Counted from the first letter of the stretch, positions 25,640-35,670 are shown. The stretch: 64,000 nt of DNA from a virus (IMGVR_UViG_3300033121_001287:1-64000); one strand, 5' to 3'. Notes: a model not told the origin generated them from the letters alone. A program made the numbers and translations.

Positions 25640-27307
25640 ATGGCTGATCCCACTGCTCGCCTCCTGCATCTGTACGGTGCAACCGGACGTGCTCGAACAG
25701 AAATGTTCGAAGGACGCGAGCATCTTGTGGTCCCCGTTATCGCGCTCATGGAGGGTGTGATCCATGCGGTAAACGCAGAGAATCCAGAGTACGTGCCCGC
25801 ACGCGCATTAGGGGTCGCCCCTCAATCGTGGAACGGGCGACCCCTGATGCTTGGACACCCCTCGCGTAACGGGGTGCAGATCAGCGCCAACGACGCTCGC
25901 GTGCTTGAGTCGCAGTCATTCGGTCGCGTGTTCAATACTCGCTTTGACGGCCGCCGACTCCTCATGGACGCCTACATCGATCCTGCCAAGACTGAGCAGA
26001 TCGGTGGTAGTGAGATGCTTCGCAGACTTCGTAACAATGAACTCTGCGAGGTGAGCGTCGGAGCCTTTGTCACGACCGACCCACAACCGGGTGAGTACAA
26101 CGGCAAAAAGTATAAGGCCGTTTGGAACAGCATCTCGCCTGACCACTTGGCATTTCTTCCGCAGGGTCGCGGAGCATGCAGCGCCGAAATGGGCTGCGGT
26201 GCGAACCGCGCAGCGGCTGCGTTTATCACTGCCGAAGGTTACCGAGAGGTGACTGAGGAAGAGTTGAAGACGATGGCTGAAGCTCGTGCCGAAGAAGATG
26301 CCGAACTCATCACATGGCAATCGATGCGTGATCACTGCGACATCCTTGATCGGATTCGCGTTCGCATTCGACAGCTTGTGGACGAGTTGATCAGCGCCGA
26401 AGGCACCCACGTTGAAGGCCTCGATGAATCGGACGAGACCGTCGTCGAGCGTGCAAGGCTTGAAGCCATCGGGCAACTGGCTTATTCGGCGCAGTCAGTG
26501 GTGTCTGGAATCAGCTCGCTGTGCATCAAGTCCTTGAGTCCTCATGGTGAAAGCGTACCGTCTCCCGCGTACAACGCCATGCTGGCTGAGTTCGTGAAGG
26601 ACGTGCCGATTGTCACTCTTGCCGAGAACGGGGTGAAGCTATGGGAAGCGGTTGCAAACGAAAGCGTTAAGGCGCTCAGCCTGAACAAGCCCGAACAGGA
26701 AGTCGAGAACAAGCAGGTGACTGCGGCAGGTGATGCACCGGCAGCAGCAGACAAGGTCGCGGGATCTGCCTGCGGCTGCAAAGGAGACAAGAACATGACG
26801 AAGGAACAGCGTGCGGAGATGATCGCAACGCTCATCGCCTGCAAGCACAGCGGGTTCACCGAAGGCGATCAGGCGATGCTCGACAACGCGACCGACGACC
26901 GTCTCGAAGCCTTCAAGGTGGCGAGCGAAGCGCGGATGCGGACGGAGACTGACCTCAAGGCAGCGGCGGCCAAGCCCCTGACCGAAGAGGAGTTCATGGC
27001 GAATGCGCCGGAGAGCCTGCGTTCGCTCATCGCGCGCCAGCAGCGGCAGGAGACGGCGTTCAAGGCCGAACTCGTCGCCGAGTTGAAGGCCGCGCAGGAA
27101 GAGTACTCGGAGACCGAACTCTCCGCGATGCCCATCGAGCAGCTGCAGCGCATGGCGCGCGTGGCCCGCATCGAGGTGCAGCCGGACTTCTCGGGTCGCG
27201 GACTGCCGCGCGTCCTCTCGTCGAAGAAGGAAGACGACGTCTACGCCAACCCGCCGGATCCGTACGCCGCCGACATCGAGCGCCGCCGGGCGGCTCAGGG
27301 CCGATAA
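25640..27307 (+). CDS. DUF2213-like head protein (putative prohead protease/scaffold)
   Basis: WNGRPLMLGHP, EVSVG, PDHLAFLPQGRGAC; charged helical C-terminal half; lies between MuF and capsid genes. Confidence 0.75.
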   Translation: MADPTARLLHLYGATGRARTEMFEGREHLVVPVIALMEGVIHAVNAENPEYVPARALGVAPQSWNGRPLMLGHPSRNGVQISANDARVLESQSFGRVFNTRFDGRRLLMDAYIDPAKTEQIGGSEMLRRLRNNELCEVSVGAFVTTDPQPGEYNGKKYKAVWNSISPDHLAFLPQGRGACSAEMGCGANRAAAAFITAEGYREVTEEELKTMAEARAEEDAELITWQSMRDHCDILDRIRVRIRQLVDELISAEGTHVEGLDESDETVVERARLEAIGQLAYSAQSVVSGISSLCIKSLSPHGESVPSPAYNAMLAEFVKDVPIVTLAENGVKLWEAVANESVKALSLNKPEQEVENKQVTAAGDAPAAADKVAGSACGCKGDKNMTKEQRAEMIATLIACKHSGFTEGDQAMLDNATDDRLEAFKVASEARMRTETDLKAAAAKPLTEEEFMANAPESLRSLIARQQRQETAFKAELVAELKAAQEEYSETELSAMPIEQLQRMARVARIEVQPDFSGRGLPRVLSSKKEDDVYANPPDPYAADIERRRAAQGR

Positions 27308-27352
27308 ACAGACGGCCCACATCGCCGTCCCGAAGGAGAGGAGTGAGAGGCA

Positions 27353-27793
27353 ATGGCAATCACACAGAAGGATCCGAACACGATCTGGCTCGGCGGCCCA
27401 CGCACGGAGATCAACGATCTCGCAGCGTCGGAAGTCATCAAGCCGGGCCATCTGCTCGTGCGGTTCAATAACAACGGCGTCATCCGACTGAAGAAGCACG
27501 CCACGGCTGGCGGCGCTGCAGTCAAGATCGTCGCGACCGAACAGAGCATGCTCAACAAGGGCGTGGATGACACCTACGCCGCGAACGACCTCGTCGAGGC
27601 ATCGGAGTTCGGTCCCGGCGCGTCGGCGTGGATGTTCATCAACTCGGGCCAGAACATCTCGGCCGGAGGTCTGCTCGAATCGGCCGGTGACGGCACGCTC
27701 CGCACGCTCGCCTCGGGTGTGGCGCTCTTCGCCGCGCTCGAAAACAAGAACGCCACCGTCTCGCCGACGCGCATCCGCGTCGAGGCCGTCTAA
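27353..27793 (+). CDS. Capsid decoration/cement protein
   Basis: Position before the major capsid gene; GQNISAGGLLESAGDGTL motif; strong codon bias. Confidence 0.7.
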   Translation: MAITQKDPNTIWLGGPRTEINDLAASEVIKPGHLLVRFNNNGVIRLKKHATAGGAAVKIVATEQSMLNKGVDDTYAANDLVEASEFGPGASAWMFINSGQNISAGGLLESAGDGTLRTLASGVALFAALENKNATVSPTRIRVEAV

Positions 27794-27829
27794 CCTAGAC
27801 GCCTCGGCGTCATCAGGAGGATCCGCACC

Positions 27830-28876
27830 ATGTTCGACAACATGCGATTCACGGCAGCCGGTGGCAAGAGCCCCATCGCTGGCGCGTTGCTTCGTGCTCT
27901 CGCGGAAACAGGTGACCTGTCGGTCGCTTCGCTCCGCTCGCTGTCGCCACTCAGCGACAAGGCGCAGGTGATGGTTGACAAGGCCGTCGTCGAGGTGGGG
28001 CTGCAGCGCCTCTCCTTCGTCGCCGACCTGCTCGCCGAAGGCCTGACGTACCCCCTCACCGATCCGCTGTCGGTGACGCAGCTCGAATGGGAATCGGTCA
28101 ATCAGGTCGGGCACGCGCAGCGCACCATGAGCCCTTCGGCTCGCGGTGAGTTCCAGATGCCGAACCGGACGATCTACCGGCTTCCCATCTACCTCACGAC
28201 TGACGACTTTTCGCTCGGCATCCGCACGCTCAAGATGTCGCAGCGCGTCGGTCAGCCCCTCGATACGTCGCTCATCAAGCAGGCCACTCGCCGGGTCAAC
28301 GAGTCCATTGAGGACGCCGCGATCAACGGAGCCACCACGCTCGACGGTCAGCCGCTCTACGTCGGCGGCTACGCAGCGCCGGGCCTGCTCAACGCACCGA
28401 ATGCCAACACCGTCTCGCTGACGGTTGATTGGACCGGCGCGAACACCATCGGCACGACCGGCCCCGGCATGGTCACCGACGTTCTCGCGATGATCGGCGC
28501 AGCGCAGGCCGACAAGAAGTACGGGCCGTACAACCTGTACGTCGGCACGAAGGCCGGGAACCTGATCGAAGGCGACTTCAAGGTCAACACCACCGACACG
28601 ATCCGGCAGCGACTGGAGCGGATCGAGGTTGGCGGCCGTCGCCTGCAGATCAAGGTCACCGACATGTTCCCCGGTGCATCGACGGGCAATCAGTGCGCGC
28701 TCGTGCAGATGACGAACGACGTCGTCGAGATCGTCGATGGGCAGCGTCCGACGGTGATCCCGTGGACGAGCAACGACGGCTTCACGCTGTTCTGGCTCGT
28801 CATGGCCATCATGGTTCCGCGCTTCCGCTCGGACTACGACGGCAACAGCGGCGTGGTGCTCGGCGTCAAGTCGTAA
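27830..28876 (+). CDS. Major capsid protein (HK97 fold, encapsulin-like)
   Basis: 348 aa; AGGAGG RBS; GLLNAPNA and YGPYNLY segments; strong codon bias; synteny. Confidence 0.85.
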   Translation: MFDNMRFTAAGGKSPIAGALLRALAETGDLSVASLRSLSPLSDKAQVMVDKAVVEVGLQRLSFVADLLAEGLTYPLTDPLSVTQLEWESVNQVGHAQRTMSPSARGEFQMPNRTIYRLPIYLTTDDFSLGIRTLKMSQRVGQPLDTSLIKQATRRVNESIEDAAINGATTLDGQPLYVGGYAAPGLLNAPNANTVSLTVDWTGANTIGTTGPGMVTDVLAMIGAAQADKKYGPYNLYVGTKAGNLIEGDFKVNTTDTIRQRLERIEVGGRRLQIKVTDMFPGASTGNQCALVQMTNDVVEIVDGQRPTVIPWTSNDGFTLFWLVMAIMVPRFRSDYDGNSGVVLGVKS

Positions 28877-28992
28877 GGATCCCCACACTACAAGAGATCG
28901 TGGGGGTCTCTACGGTAGGTGAAATTGGATCGGGCGAGGGTGAGCCGACAGGCAAACCCTCGCCTCTTACAACTTGAAAGCGAGTACAAGCA

Positions 28993-29286
28993 ATGGCTGA
29001 AGACAAGAAGTCCAAGGTCGAAGCGGAACCTCAGACCGAACCTTCCAAGGCTCCCGTCGAGCCGAAGCCCATCGCATCGATCATCGGTGCACCGGGATCG
29101 ATCTTCAACATCAACGGTGACTTCGGCCGGGTTGGTGTGCTGACCATCGGCGGTCAAGCCATCGTTCCCACTCGTTGGGATGAGCGTGGACTGCGCGGTC
29201 TTCTCCCGACGGACGCAAGTGGCGAAGTGAAAATCGTCAACGGCGACGGTGAAGTCTGGACCGGTCACTATCCGGCGAAGGCGTAG
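28993..29286 (+). CDS. Hypothetical protein after the major capsid gene
   Basis: 97-aa ORF with codon usage like the structural genes. Confidence 0.55.
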   Translation: MAEDKKSKVEAEPQTEPSKAPVEPKPIASIIGAPGSIFNINGDFGRVGVLTIGGQAIVPTRWDERGLRGLLPTDASGEVKIVNGDGEVWTGHYPAKA

Positions 29287-29291
29287 ACGCC

Positions 29292-29474
29292 GTGGACACC
29301 ACGAAGCAGGTGCCCGTCGAGGAACTTCGGCATCGGGTTTTTGTCCCGATAGAGAAGCGTAATCTCGACGGCACCTACGTCTTCCGCACGTCAGATCGTG
29401 AGAAGTACTTCCGGCTTCCCAATGGCCAGATTCGACGGGCCGTACCGAAGGTCCGTCGCAAGCGGAAGGGGTGA
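29292..29474 (+). CDS. Small basic protein
   Basis: 60 aa with an RRKRK tail. Confidence 0.5.
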   Translation: MDTTKQVPVEELRHRVFVPIEKRNLDGTYVFRTSDREKYFRLPNGQIRRAVPKVRRKRKG

Positions 29475-29477
29475 GTC

Positions 29478-30050
29478 ATGCCGACGATCATCGCTACCGT
29501 CGGCGCGGCAAATGCGAATAGCTTTGCCACTCACGCTGAAATCAACACCTACTTCGAAGAGCGTCTTCCACTCGCCACTCCGTGGGTCGCGAGCGGACAA
29601 GAGGCCGTGATTATCATGGCCGCGCGCACGCTCGAATCGATTATTCGCCCGGCGAAAACGCTCATGGTAGATAGTCGCGGTACGCGATACTATCGTGCGC
29701 GTCGTCAGTGGACCGGCTCCCCGGCTACCACCACTCAGCGTCTTTCGTGGCCGCGCATCGGCATGTTCGACCGCAATGGCAATGCAATTCCGTCGGATGT
29801 TATCCCGACTGAATTGAAGGAAGCGCAAGCCGAACTTGCAGGTCAGCTTCGCATGGGAGATCGCACTCTCGACAACGACGTCGTGGTGCAGGGCTTGTCC
29901 TCCCTCCGCGCCGGTAGCGTGTCATTGTCATTCAAAGACGGCATTGTGCCGCAGGTACTGCCAGACGCAGTCCTCAATCTTCTCGTCGATTCGTGGTTGA
30001 CGGAAGAGACGATCAGTTACCCCACCACGGCACTCTTCGAGTCGATCTAA
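29478..30050 (+). CDS. Head-tail adaptor (DnaT-like phage family)
   Basis: ANANSFAT...QRLSWPR...IPTELKEAQAELA pattern; synteny. Confidence 0.7.
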   Translation: MPTIIATVGAANANSFATHAEINTYFEERLPLATPWVASGQEAVIIMAARTLESIIRPAKTLMVDSRGTRYYRARRQWTGSPATTTQRLSWPRIGMFDRNGNAIPSDVIPTELKEAQAELAGQLRMGDRTLDNDVVVQGLSSLRAGSVSLSFKDGIVPQVLPDAVLNLLVDSWLTEETISYPTTALFESI

Positions 30051-30433
30051 TGGGTCTCCTCGACGTTGTGCGATCCGGGGTGAAGATTGCGGATGCCCTG
30101 ACGAAGTCTCTGCAGGCTTCAGTCACCTACCGTCGTTGTATTTCGACGAACCAGTACGGCGTCAAGCAGCTCGGTTCGCCTGTGACACTACTGGCACTCG
30201 TTGAGAACAAGCAGCGTAAGGTGATGTCACCGACCGGCGTGATCGTAGACTCAAACATTACCATCACGCTGCTGAACGTAGCCGCCGTCGTAGCTGCTAC
30301 CGGTGGTTTTGGGATTCGCGTCAATGACGAGATCGTACTTGCCGACGGATCCACCAACCCGGTACTGAACGTCGGTGGCTTTGTAGACGCTGGAACGAAT
30401 CAGCCGTTCGCGACGGAGGTGTACCTTGGGTAA
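30050..30433 (+). CDS. Head closure/neck protein
   Basis: TAATG overlap; size and position. Confidence 0.6.
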   Translation: MGLLDVVRSGVKIADALTKSLQASVTYRRCISTNQYGVKQLGSPVTLLALVENKQRKVMSPTGVIVDSNITITLLNVAAVVAATGGFGIRVNDEIVLADGSTNPVLNVGGFVDAGTNQPFATEVYLG

Positions 30434-31505
30434 CCTCCAGTATCCGGTTGGATGCCCCGATCTTGGGCCGTTTGAGGCAGCAGCCGTTGCTGCGGTCATG
30501 GCCACAGGGCATATCACGCACGGCCCGGCGGTACGTAGGTTTGAAGACCTGCTTGCGGTGCATCTCGGAGTCAAGCATGTGATCGCTTGCTCCAGTGGAA
30601 CCACTGCATTGCATCTGGCTTGCGCTTCGATCTTCGGACCTGGAGATCAGGTGCTTGTACCAGACGTGACCTATGTAGCCACCGCGAACGCAGTGACCTA
30701 CACTGGTGCTGAACCGGTGCTTGTAGATATTCATCCGGATACGTGGAACATCGATCTCGCACAAGCGGAGCGCAGACTGACTCCTCGCACACGCGCGATG
30801 ATCGTTGTGCATTTGTACGGCGTGCCGTGCAACATGGATGAAGTACTTGAGTTCGCGAACAAGCACGACCTCATTGTCATTGAGGACGCGGCCGAAGCGC
30901 TTGGTGGTTCGTGGAACGGCAAACCCTGCGGAACGATGGGCTTGTGCGGCACGTTTTCGTTCTACGGGAACAAGATCATGACCACTGGCGAGGGCGGGGC
31001 CGTCGTTACCGACGACGATTCGCTCGCGCACGACTTGAGGCTTCTGCGTGGTCAGGGTCAGTCGCCGAATCAGCGCTTCTGGCATGAGCTAGTTGGATAC
31101 AACTATCGCATGACCGATCTACAAGCTGCGATTGGTATCACTCAGTTGCAGCGCTTGGCTGAAATGCTTCGATTCCGGCATGAAGTGGTACAAACCTATC
31201 GCGACATGCTTGCTGAAGTGCTTTCGTTTCCGGAGATTCCCGGCACTGCTCCTTGGCTGTTTACTGGCCTGCTTCCGGAAGGCAAGTCAGTTACTGAGAT
31301 CGCGCAGCGCCTGCTTGATCGTGGTATTGAAACACGTCCGGTGTTCGTGCCGATGCATCGACTTCCCATGTATCAGGAGCAAGACGGTGAATTTCCCGTT
31401 TCCTGTTACATCGCCGATCACGGTATCAGTTTCCCGACGTACTCAACGCTCGTCAAGCGTGATGTTCAGTTTATCGTTTCGAACCTACTCAGGGCGCTGC
31501 GATGA
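30426..31505 (+). CDS. DegT/DnrJ/EryC1/StrS PLP-dependent sugar aminotransferase (perosamine synthase-like)
   Basis: SSGTTALHLA, EDAAEALG, SFYGNKIMTTGEGG (PLP lysine), GYNYRMTDLQAAIG. Confidence 0.92.
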   Translation: MGNLQYPVGCPDLGPFEAAAVAAVMATGHITHGPAVRRFEDLLAVHLGVKHVIACSSGTTALHLACASIFGPGDQVLVPDVTYVATANAVTYTGAEPVLVDIHPDTWNIDLAQAERRLTPRTRAMIVVHLYGVPCNMDEVLEFANKHDLIVIEDAAEALGGSWNGKPCGTMGLCGTFSFYGNKIMTTGEGGAVVTDDDSLAHDLRLLRGQGQSPNQRFWHELVGYNYRMTDLQAAIGITQLQRLAEMLRFRHEVVQTYRDMLAEVLSFPEIPGTAPWLFTGLLPEGKSVTEIAQRLLDRGIETRPVFVPMHRLPMYQEQDGEFPVSCYIADHGISFPTYSTLVKRDVQFIVSNLLRALR

Positions 31506-32101
31506 CTCCTCAAGAACTTCAGTTTCTCGAAGACATCAACTTCGCGTCGGTTGGTGACCCTCGACTCCTCGCCGTGCGGGCCTCGGAATTGCTGCACTGG
31601 CTCGAAGAGCAGGAGCAGGCCGGTCTAATTCCGGAGGCGGTGATTTACGAGCCGGTGGTGCAAACGAAGGTCGACAAGATTGTCATTGGGCGTGGATCGC
31701 GCATCGACAGCTTCGTCAAGCTCGAAGGCGGCCTGCGACTGACCATCGGTCGTTACGTTCACATCGCAAGCTTTGCGCATCTCGGCATCGGTGGCGGCAT
31801 GTTGAGTCTCGGTGACTTTTCCGCCGTCGCCAGTGGCGGAAAGATCATCTCGGGTTCAAATCAAGCCGACGCCATGACCATGTCGGCGTGCGCTCCGTCG
31901 CACACGCAGCGGATTCAGGCCTCGGTTACTCGCATCGGGAATTTCGCATGCGTACTCAGCGGTGCGACGGTGCTTCCCGGCGTCACACTCGGTGAGGGTG
32001 CGGTGTTGGCTGCGGGTGCGGTTGCGACGAAAGACATCCCTGACTGGGAGATTTGGGGCGGTGTTCCGGCGAAGTTCATGGCCAAGAGGATCGTGCGGTG
32101 A
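31502..32101 (+). CDS. Hexapeptide-repeat acyltransferase
   Basis: IGRGSRIDSFV, IGRYVHI, VLPGVTLGEGAVLAAGAV..GGVPAK. Confidence 0.85.
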   Translation: MTPQELQFLEDINFASVGDPRLLAVRASELLHWLEEQEQAGLIPEAVIYEPVVQTKVDKIVIGRGSRIDSFVKLEGGLRLTIGRYVHIASFAHLGIGGGMLSLGDFSAVASGGKIISGSNQADAMTMSACAPSHTQRIQASVTRIGNFACVLSGATVLPGVTLGEGAVLAAGAVATKDIPDWEIWGGVPAKFMAKRIVR

Positions 32102-32778
32102 ACATTGCCATCGGGTCGGCATTCCGAAACGCCAGTCACTTTGTGCATCGATACATTGCACAGGTGCGGCGGCTTCAGGAGCACGCCGGTCCCGATCATA
32201 CCGTTCGAATCATTGCGGCCGAAGGCGACTCCGTCGATGACACGCGGTTGGCCTTGATGCGGGCCGCTACTGATGCGGGGCTTGGGATCGAATTCGTAGA
32301 GTGCTCACATGGGAAGCGATGGTTCGGCTCTACTGAGGAAGTCGAACGGTTAGAAACGCTCTCGAAAGTGGGCAACGCGATTTTCAACGGCGTACGAGAG
32401 ACCGACGACGTACTGCTTTACGTGGAATGCGACCTGCTATGGGATCCGCACACGGTTGGATCCTTGATTGACATGGCCTTCAGGCGTGATGAAGGGTTTG
32501 ACGTATTCGCGCCGATGGTGATGGCTGGCGAGCATTTCTACGATATCTGGGCGTTTCGCATGCGCGGTGAACGATTCGGCCCGTTCGCTCCGTTTGCTCG
32601 ACTGAATGCCGGGTTGACCGAAGTGGATAGCGTAGGAAGCTGCTTGACCATGCGTGGTAGCGTAGCTCGTGAATGCCGAATTGAAAATGATTACTGCTTG
32701 GTGGGCTGGTGCGAAGGCGCTCGTCAACGTGGTTATCGCATAGCAGTTCATCCCGGCTTCAAGGTGCATCACCCATGA
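32098..32778 (+). CDS. GT-A-fold glycosyltransferase-like protein
   Basis: VLLYVECDLLW ExD motif; FYDIWAFR; VDSVGSC; GTG start overlapping the upstream stop. Confidence 0.6.
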   Translation: MNIAIGSAFRNASHFVHRYIAQVRRLQEHAGPDHTVRIIAAEGDSVDDTRLALMRAATDAGLGIEFVECSHGKRWFGSTEEVERLETLSKVGNAIFNGVRETDDVLLYVECDLLWDPHTVGSLIDMAFRRDEGFDVFAPMVMAGEHFYDIWAFRMRGERFGPFAPFARLNAGLTEVDSVGSCLTMRGSVARECRIENDYCLVGWCEGARQRGYRIAVHPGFKVHHP

Positions 32779-33704
32779 GGGTCTACGTCAATTCGCCGTC
32801 GCACTTGTCTCGCGCAATGTTCCGCGTAGACAAGGCGCTCGTGAAGTATCTCCCACCGAATGCTGCGGTGGTTGAGAGACTTGCACTGGCGGATCTCGTG
32901 GTGATCCCGGTGATCGGGTACCCGGATGCCGTCGGGGCCGTGCAGGACTGCATTGATCGCGGACAAGATTTCGCGATGATTCAGTACTGCGTACGAACTA
33001 CGCAGGAGCCGCACACTCGGAAGTGGCTTCCCTTGTGGAAGCAAGCCAAGTGCGTGTGGAGCTACTACAATCTGAATCAGATGATTCGGGATGATAATCC
33101 CGATATGACCGAAGAAGAGCGTCACATCCCGTCGTTCTACGCGCCGCTCGGCGTCGATGAGGTCTTTGCCGGTCACCGTTCGGGCTACGCACCGCGCACC
33201 ATTGGTGCTGTTACAACCGGATACGTTTCGGGATCATCTGCGGAAGCCATTGAGGAAGTGGCTATCGCTGCTGGAAAGCTCGGCAAGCGAGTTTCGCATA
33301 TCGGGCCGTTTCCGGTTGGTATGTCCACCGAGTCACCCGGTAGCCACTGGCAGTTTCACTTTGCCATTAGCGATGAGGAACTTCTGCACATCTACGAGCG
33401 CACCGAGTGGGTGTCTGGTCTTCGGCATGGCGAGGGGTTTGAACTGCCGGTCCTTGAAGGTCTTTGTTGCGGCGCACGTCCGATTCTGTTCGACCGTCCT
33501 GAAATGCACTACTGGTATGACGGACACGCGGTGTTCGTACCGGAGTGCTCTGGAGAGGAGCTAGTCGCTCACCTTGTTCGAATCATGTCCACGCCGCCTG
33601 AGCCGGTATCATTCGACGAGCGCAGGCGGATCATTCGACGCTTTGACTGGGCGTCGATTGCTGCAGACTTCTGGTCATACACTTTTCAGAGCGTGGGGCA
33701 ATGA
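32775..33704 (+). CDS. GT-B (GT4-like) glycosyltransferase
   Basis: EGFELPVLEGLCCGARPI (E-x7-E). Confidence 0.75.
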   Translation: MRVYVNSPSHLSRAMFRVDKALVKYLPPNAAVVERLALADLVVIPVIGYPDAVGAVQDCIDRGQDFAMIQYCVRTTQEPHTRKWLPLWKQAKCVWSYYNLNQMIRDDNPDMTEEERHIPSFYAPLGVDEVFAGHRSGYAPRTIGAVTTGYVSGSSAEAIEEVAIAAGKLGKRVSHIGPFPVGMSTESPGSHWQFHFAISDEELLHIYERTEWVSGLRHGEGFELPVLEGLCCGARPILFDRPEMHYWYDGHAVFVPECSGEELVAHLVRIMSTPPEPVSFDERRRIIRRFDWASIAADFWSYTFQSVGQ

Positions 33705-34852
33705 AAAAGCTGTTATGGATCGGTGATGCTGCGTGTCCAAGCGGGTTCGCACGTGCGACCCATGCGGTACTGGATGCGCTGAAAGAGTACTACGCAATTA
33801 CGGTGCTTGGTATCAACTACCGTGGCGATCCTCATAGCTATCCGTATCCCATCTACACGGCCGCAGCCGGTGGTGATATGTTCGGGATCGGCCGGACAAT
33901 CTGGATGTGCGATACCGTCAAGCCCGATGTGATTGTCATTCAGAATGATCCGTGGAACTTTCCCGGCTACCTCAAAAAGTTGCAGCAGTTCGAGGAGTAC
34001 AAGGACGTTCCCGTGGTTGGCGTTGTAGCCGTTGACGGAAAGAACTGCGGCGGCAACTGGCTGAATGGACTGACGCACGCGATCTTCTGGACTGAGTTCG
34101 CGCGCCAAGAGGCCGTCGAAGGCGGATACACCGGAACGTCGAGCGTGATTCCACTCGGCGTCGATCTCGACATTTTCACCGTCGTAGATCAGAAGATGGC
34201 GCGCGAACGCATCGGGATTCCGGAAGTGCTGATGGACGCTTACTTTGTCGGTAACGTCAATCGCAATCAGCCGCGAAAAAGGTGGGATCTGTGCGTGCGT
34301 TACTTCGCGAAGTGGATTCAGCAGTTCGACATCAAGGATGCGTACCTCTACCTGCATACCGCCCCCACCGGCGATACTGGCGTAGACGTCGCCAAGTTGG
34401 CGAAGTACTACGGTGTAGCGGATCGACTCGCGTTGATGGAGCCTCCTACATGGTATGGCACCTCCGACGAGCACATGCGCGACACTTACAACTCGTTCGA
34501 CGTTTGCGTTAGCACGACGCAGGGCGAGGGCATGGGATTGACAACGCTCGAAGCAATGGCTTGCGGCGTTCCATGCATTGTACCTCAGTGGTCGGCGCTT
34601 GGTGATTGGGCCTCGCAGGGAGCGTATCAAGTGAATTGCGATACAACCTGCATTGGGCCGCCTTACGTGAACGTGATCGGTGGCGTTCCCAACGAGGAGG
34701 ACTTCATCGAGGCTCTTCAGACGATGTACTCCAGTAAGCGGATGCGCCGTCATTGGGGTACGCGTGCTTTGGACTGCGCGCACGAGCAGCGTTTTTCATG
34801 GGCGTTCATCGGTGAGCAGTGGCGTGAAGTCATGAAGGGTATCACCGCATGA
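33701..34852 (+). CDS. GT4-family glycosyltransferase
   Basis: GFARAT, NVNRNQPRKR, EGMGLTTLEAMACGVPCI. Confidence 0.88.
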   Translation: MKKLLWIGDAACPSGFARATHAVLDALKEYYAITVLGINYRGDPHSYPYPIYTAAAGGDMFGIGRTIWMCDTVKPDVIVIQNDPWNFPGYLKKLQQFEEYKDVPVVGVVAVDGKNCGGNWLNGLTHAIFWTEFARQEAVEGGYTGTSSVIPLGVDLDIFTVVDQKMARERIGIPEVLMDAYFVGNVNRNQPRKRWDLCVRYFAKWIQQFDIKDAYLYLHTAPTGDTGVDVAKLAKYYGVADRLALMEPPTWYGTSDEHMRDTYNSFDVCVSTTQGEGMGLTTLEAMACGVPCIVPQWSALGDWASQGAYQVNCDTTCIGPPYVNVIGGVPNEEDFIEALQTMYSSKRMRRHWGTRALDCAHEQRFSWAFIGEQWREVMKGITA

Positions 34853-35265
34853 AGCTGACCGGTCGACTTCGAGGTCGTGAAGCGATGGTGCGAACGCTCC
34901 AGCGCATTGCGACGAAGTTTCCTGATCACGTCGCCGCTGCGATGTATCAGGAAGCTCAGATCGAAATGACCGAAAGCAAGCGTCGTTGCCCGGTGTCGCC
35001 GCTCCCGGCCCCAAAGGGCGTGGTACCGGGAACGCTTCGCGACAGCGGGCAGGTGGCGCGGCCTGACCGGCGTGGAAAGCACATCTCGGTGACCATGAGT
35101 TACGGAGGGGCGGCCGAAGACTACGCCGTCGTGCAGCACGAGAACTTGGATTTTCACCATACGACGGGGCAGGCGAAGTTCTTGGAGTCGGTGATCAACG
35201 AATCGAGGCCGTACATGGCCGGGCGCATTGCGGATCGCGTCCACCTGAATAAGGTGAGGTTCTAG
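34849..35265 (+). CDS. HK97 gp10-like tail completion protein
   Basis: CPV..GTLRDS..YAVVQHE..GQAKFLE. Confidence 0.75.
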   Translation: MKLTGRLRGREAMVRTLQRIATKFPDHVAAAMYQEAQIEMTESKRRCPVSPLPAPKGVVPGTLRDSGQVARPDRRGKHISVTMSYGGAAEDYAVVQHENLDFHHTTGQAKFLESVINESRPYMAGRIADRVHLNKVRF

Positions 35266-35670
35266 ATGCCGTTTCTCGATGAGATTGCTGCGTGGTTGGC
35301 AACGGAGGGAGTGGGAATTCCGGGTCAATCGTTATTCCTATCTTCTGCGGCAATACCTCCGAACGGGGATGGGCCGTACCTATCCTTGAAGGAGACCGGC
35401 GGTACTGGATCGACGAGGATCCAAAACAAGGCTTCGGCGGCAACGCATAGACCTACAGCGCAGGTAAGCGTAAGGGCGAAGGACTACACCGAAGCACGTG
35501 CGATGGCAGCAGCCGCGCACGATGCACTCGATGGGATCTTCAATCAGAACCTTGCAGGCGTCTGGTATGTCAGCGTAACGGCGAGGCAACTCCCGACTGA
35601 CGCGGGATCGGACGACGTAGGTCGCGCGATGGTGGTGTTCAACATCGACGCGGAAAAAGAACCCTCATAG
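35266..35670 (+). CDS. Tail terminator/minor capsid-like protein
   Basis: ETGG..PTAQVSVRAKDY..GRAMVVFN; synteny. Confidence 0.65.
   Translation: MPFLDEIAAWLATEGVGIPGQSLFLSSAAIPPNGDGPYLSLKETGGTGSTRIQNKASAATHRPTAQVSVRAKDYTEARAMAAAAHDALDGIFNQNLAGVWYVSVTARQLPTDAGSDDVGRAMVVFNIDAEKEPS

Noticed and set aside
27830-28876. Encapsulin nanocompartment with cargo enzymes
   Set aside because: The terminase, portal and tail context shows it is the phage capsid protein.
26639-28888. 749-aa minus-strand ORF opposite the capsid genes (also 33713-34783, 6261-7274 and plus-strand 56722-57585)
   Set aside because: Shadow frames produced by the strong codon bias of the real genes; low-complexity Arg/Ala/Gly translations with no motifs.
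29478-30050. DnaT-like replication role
   Set aside because: Its position between the capsid and head-closure genes fits a head-tail adaptor.
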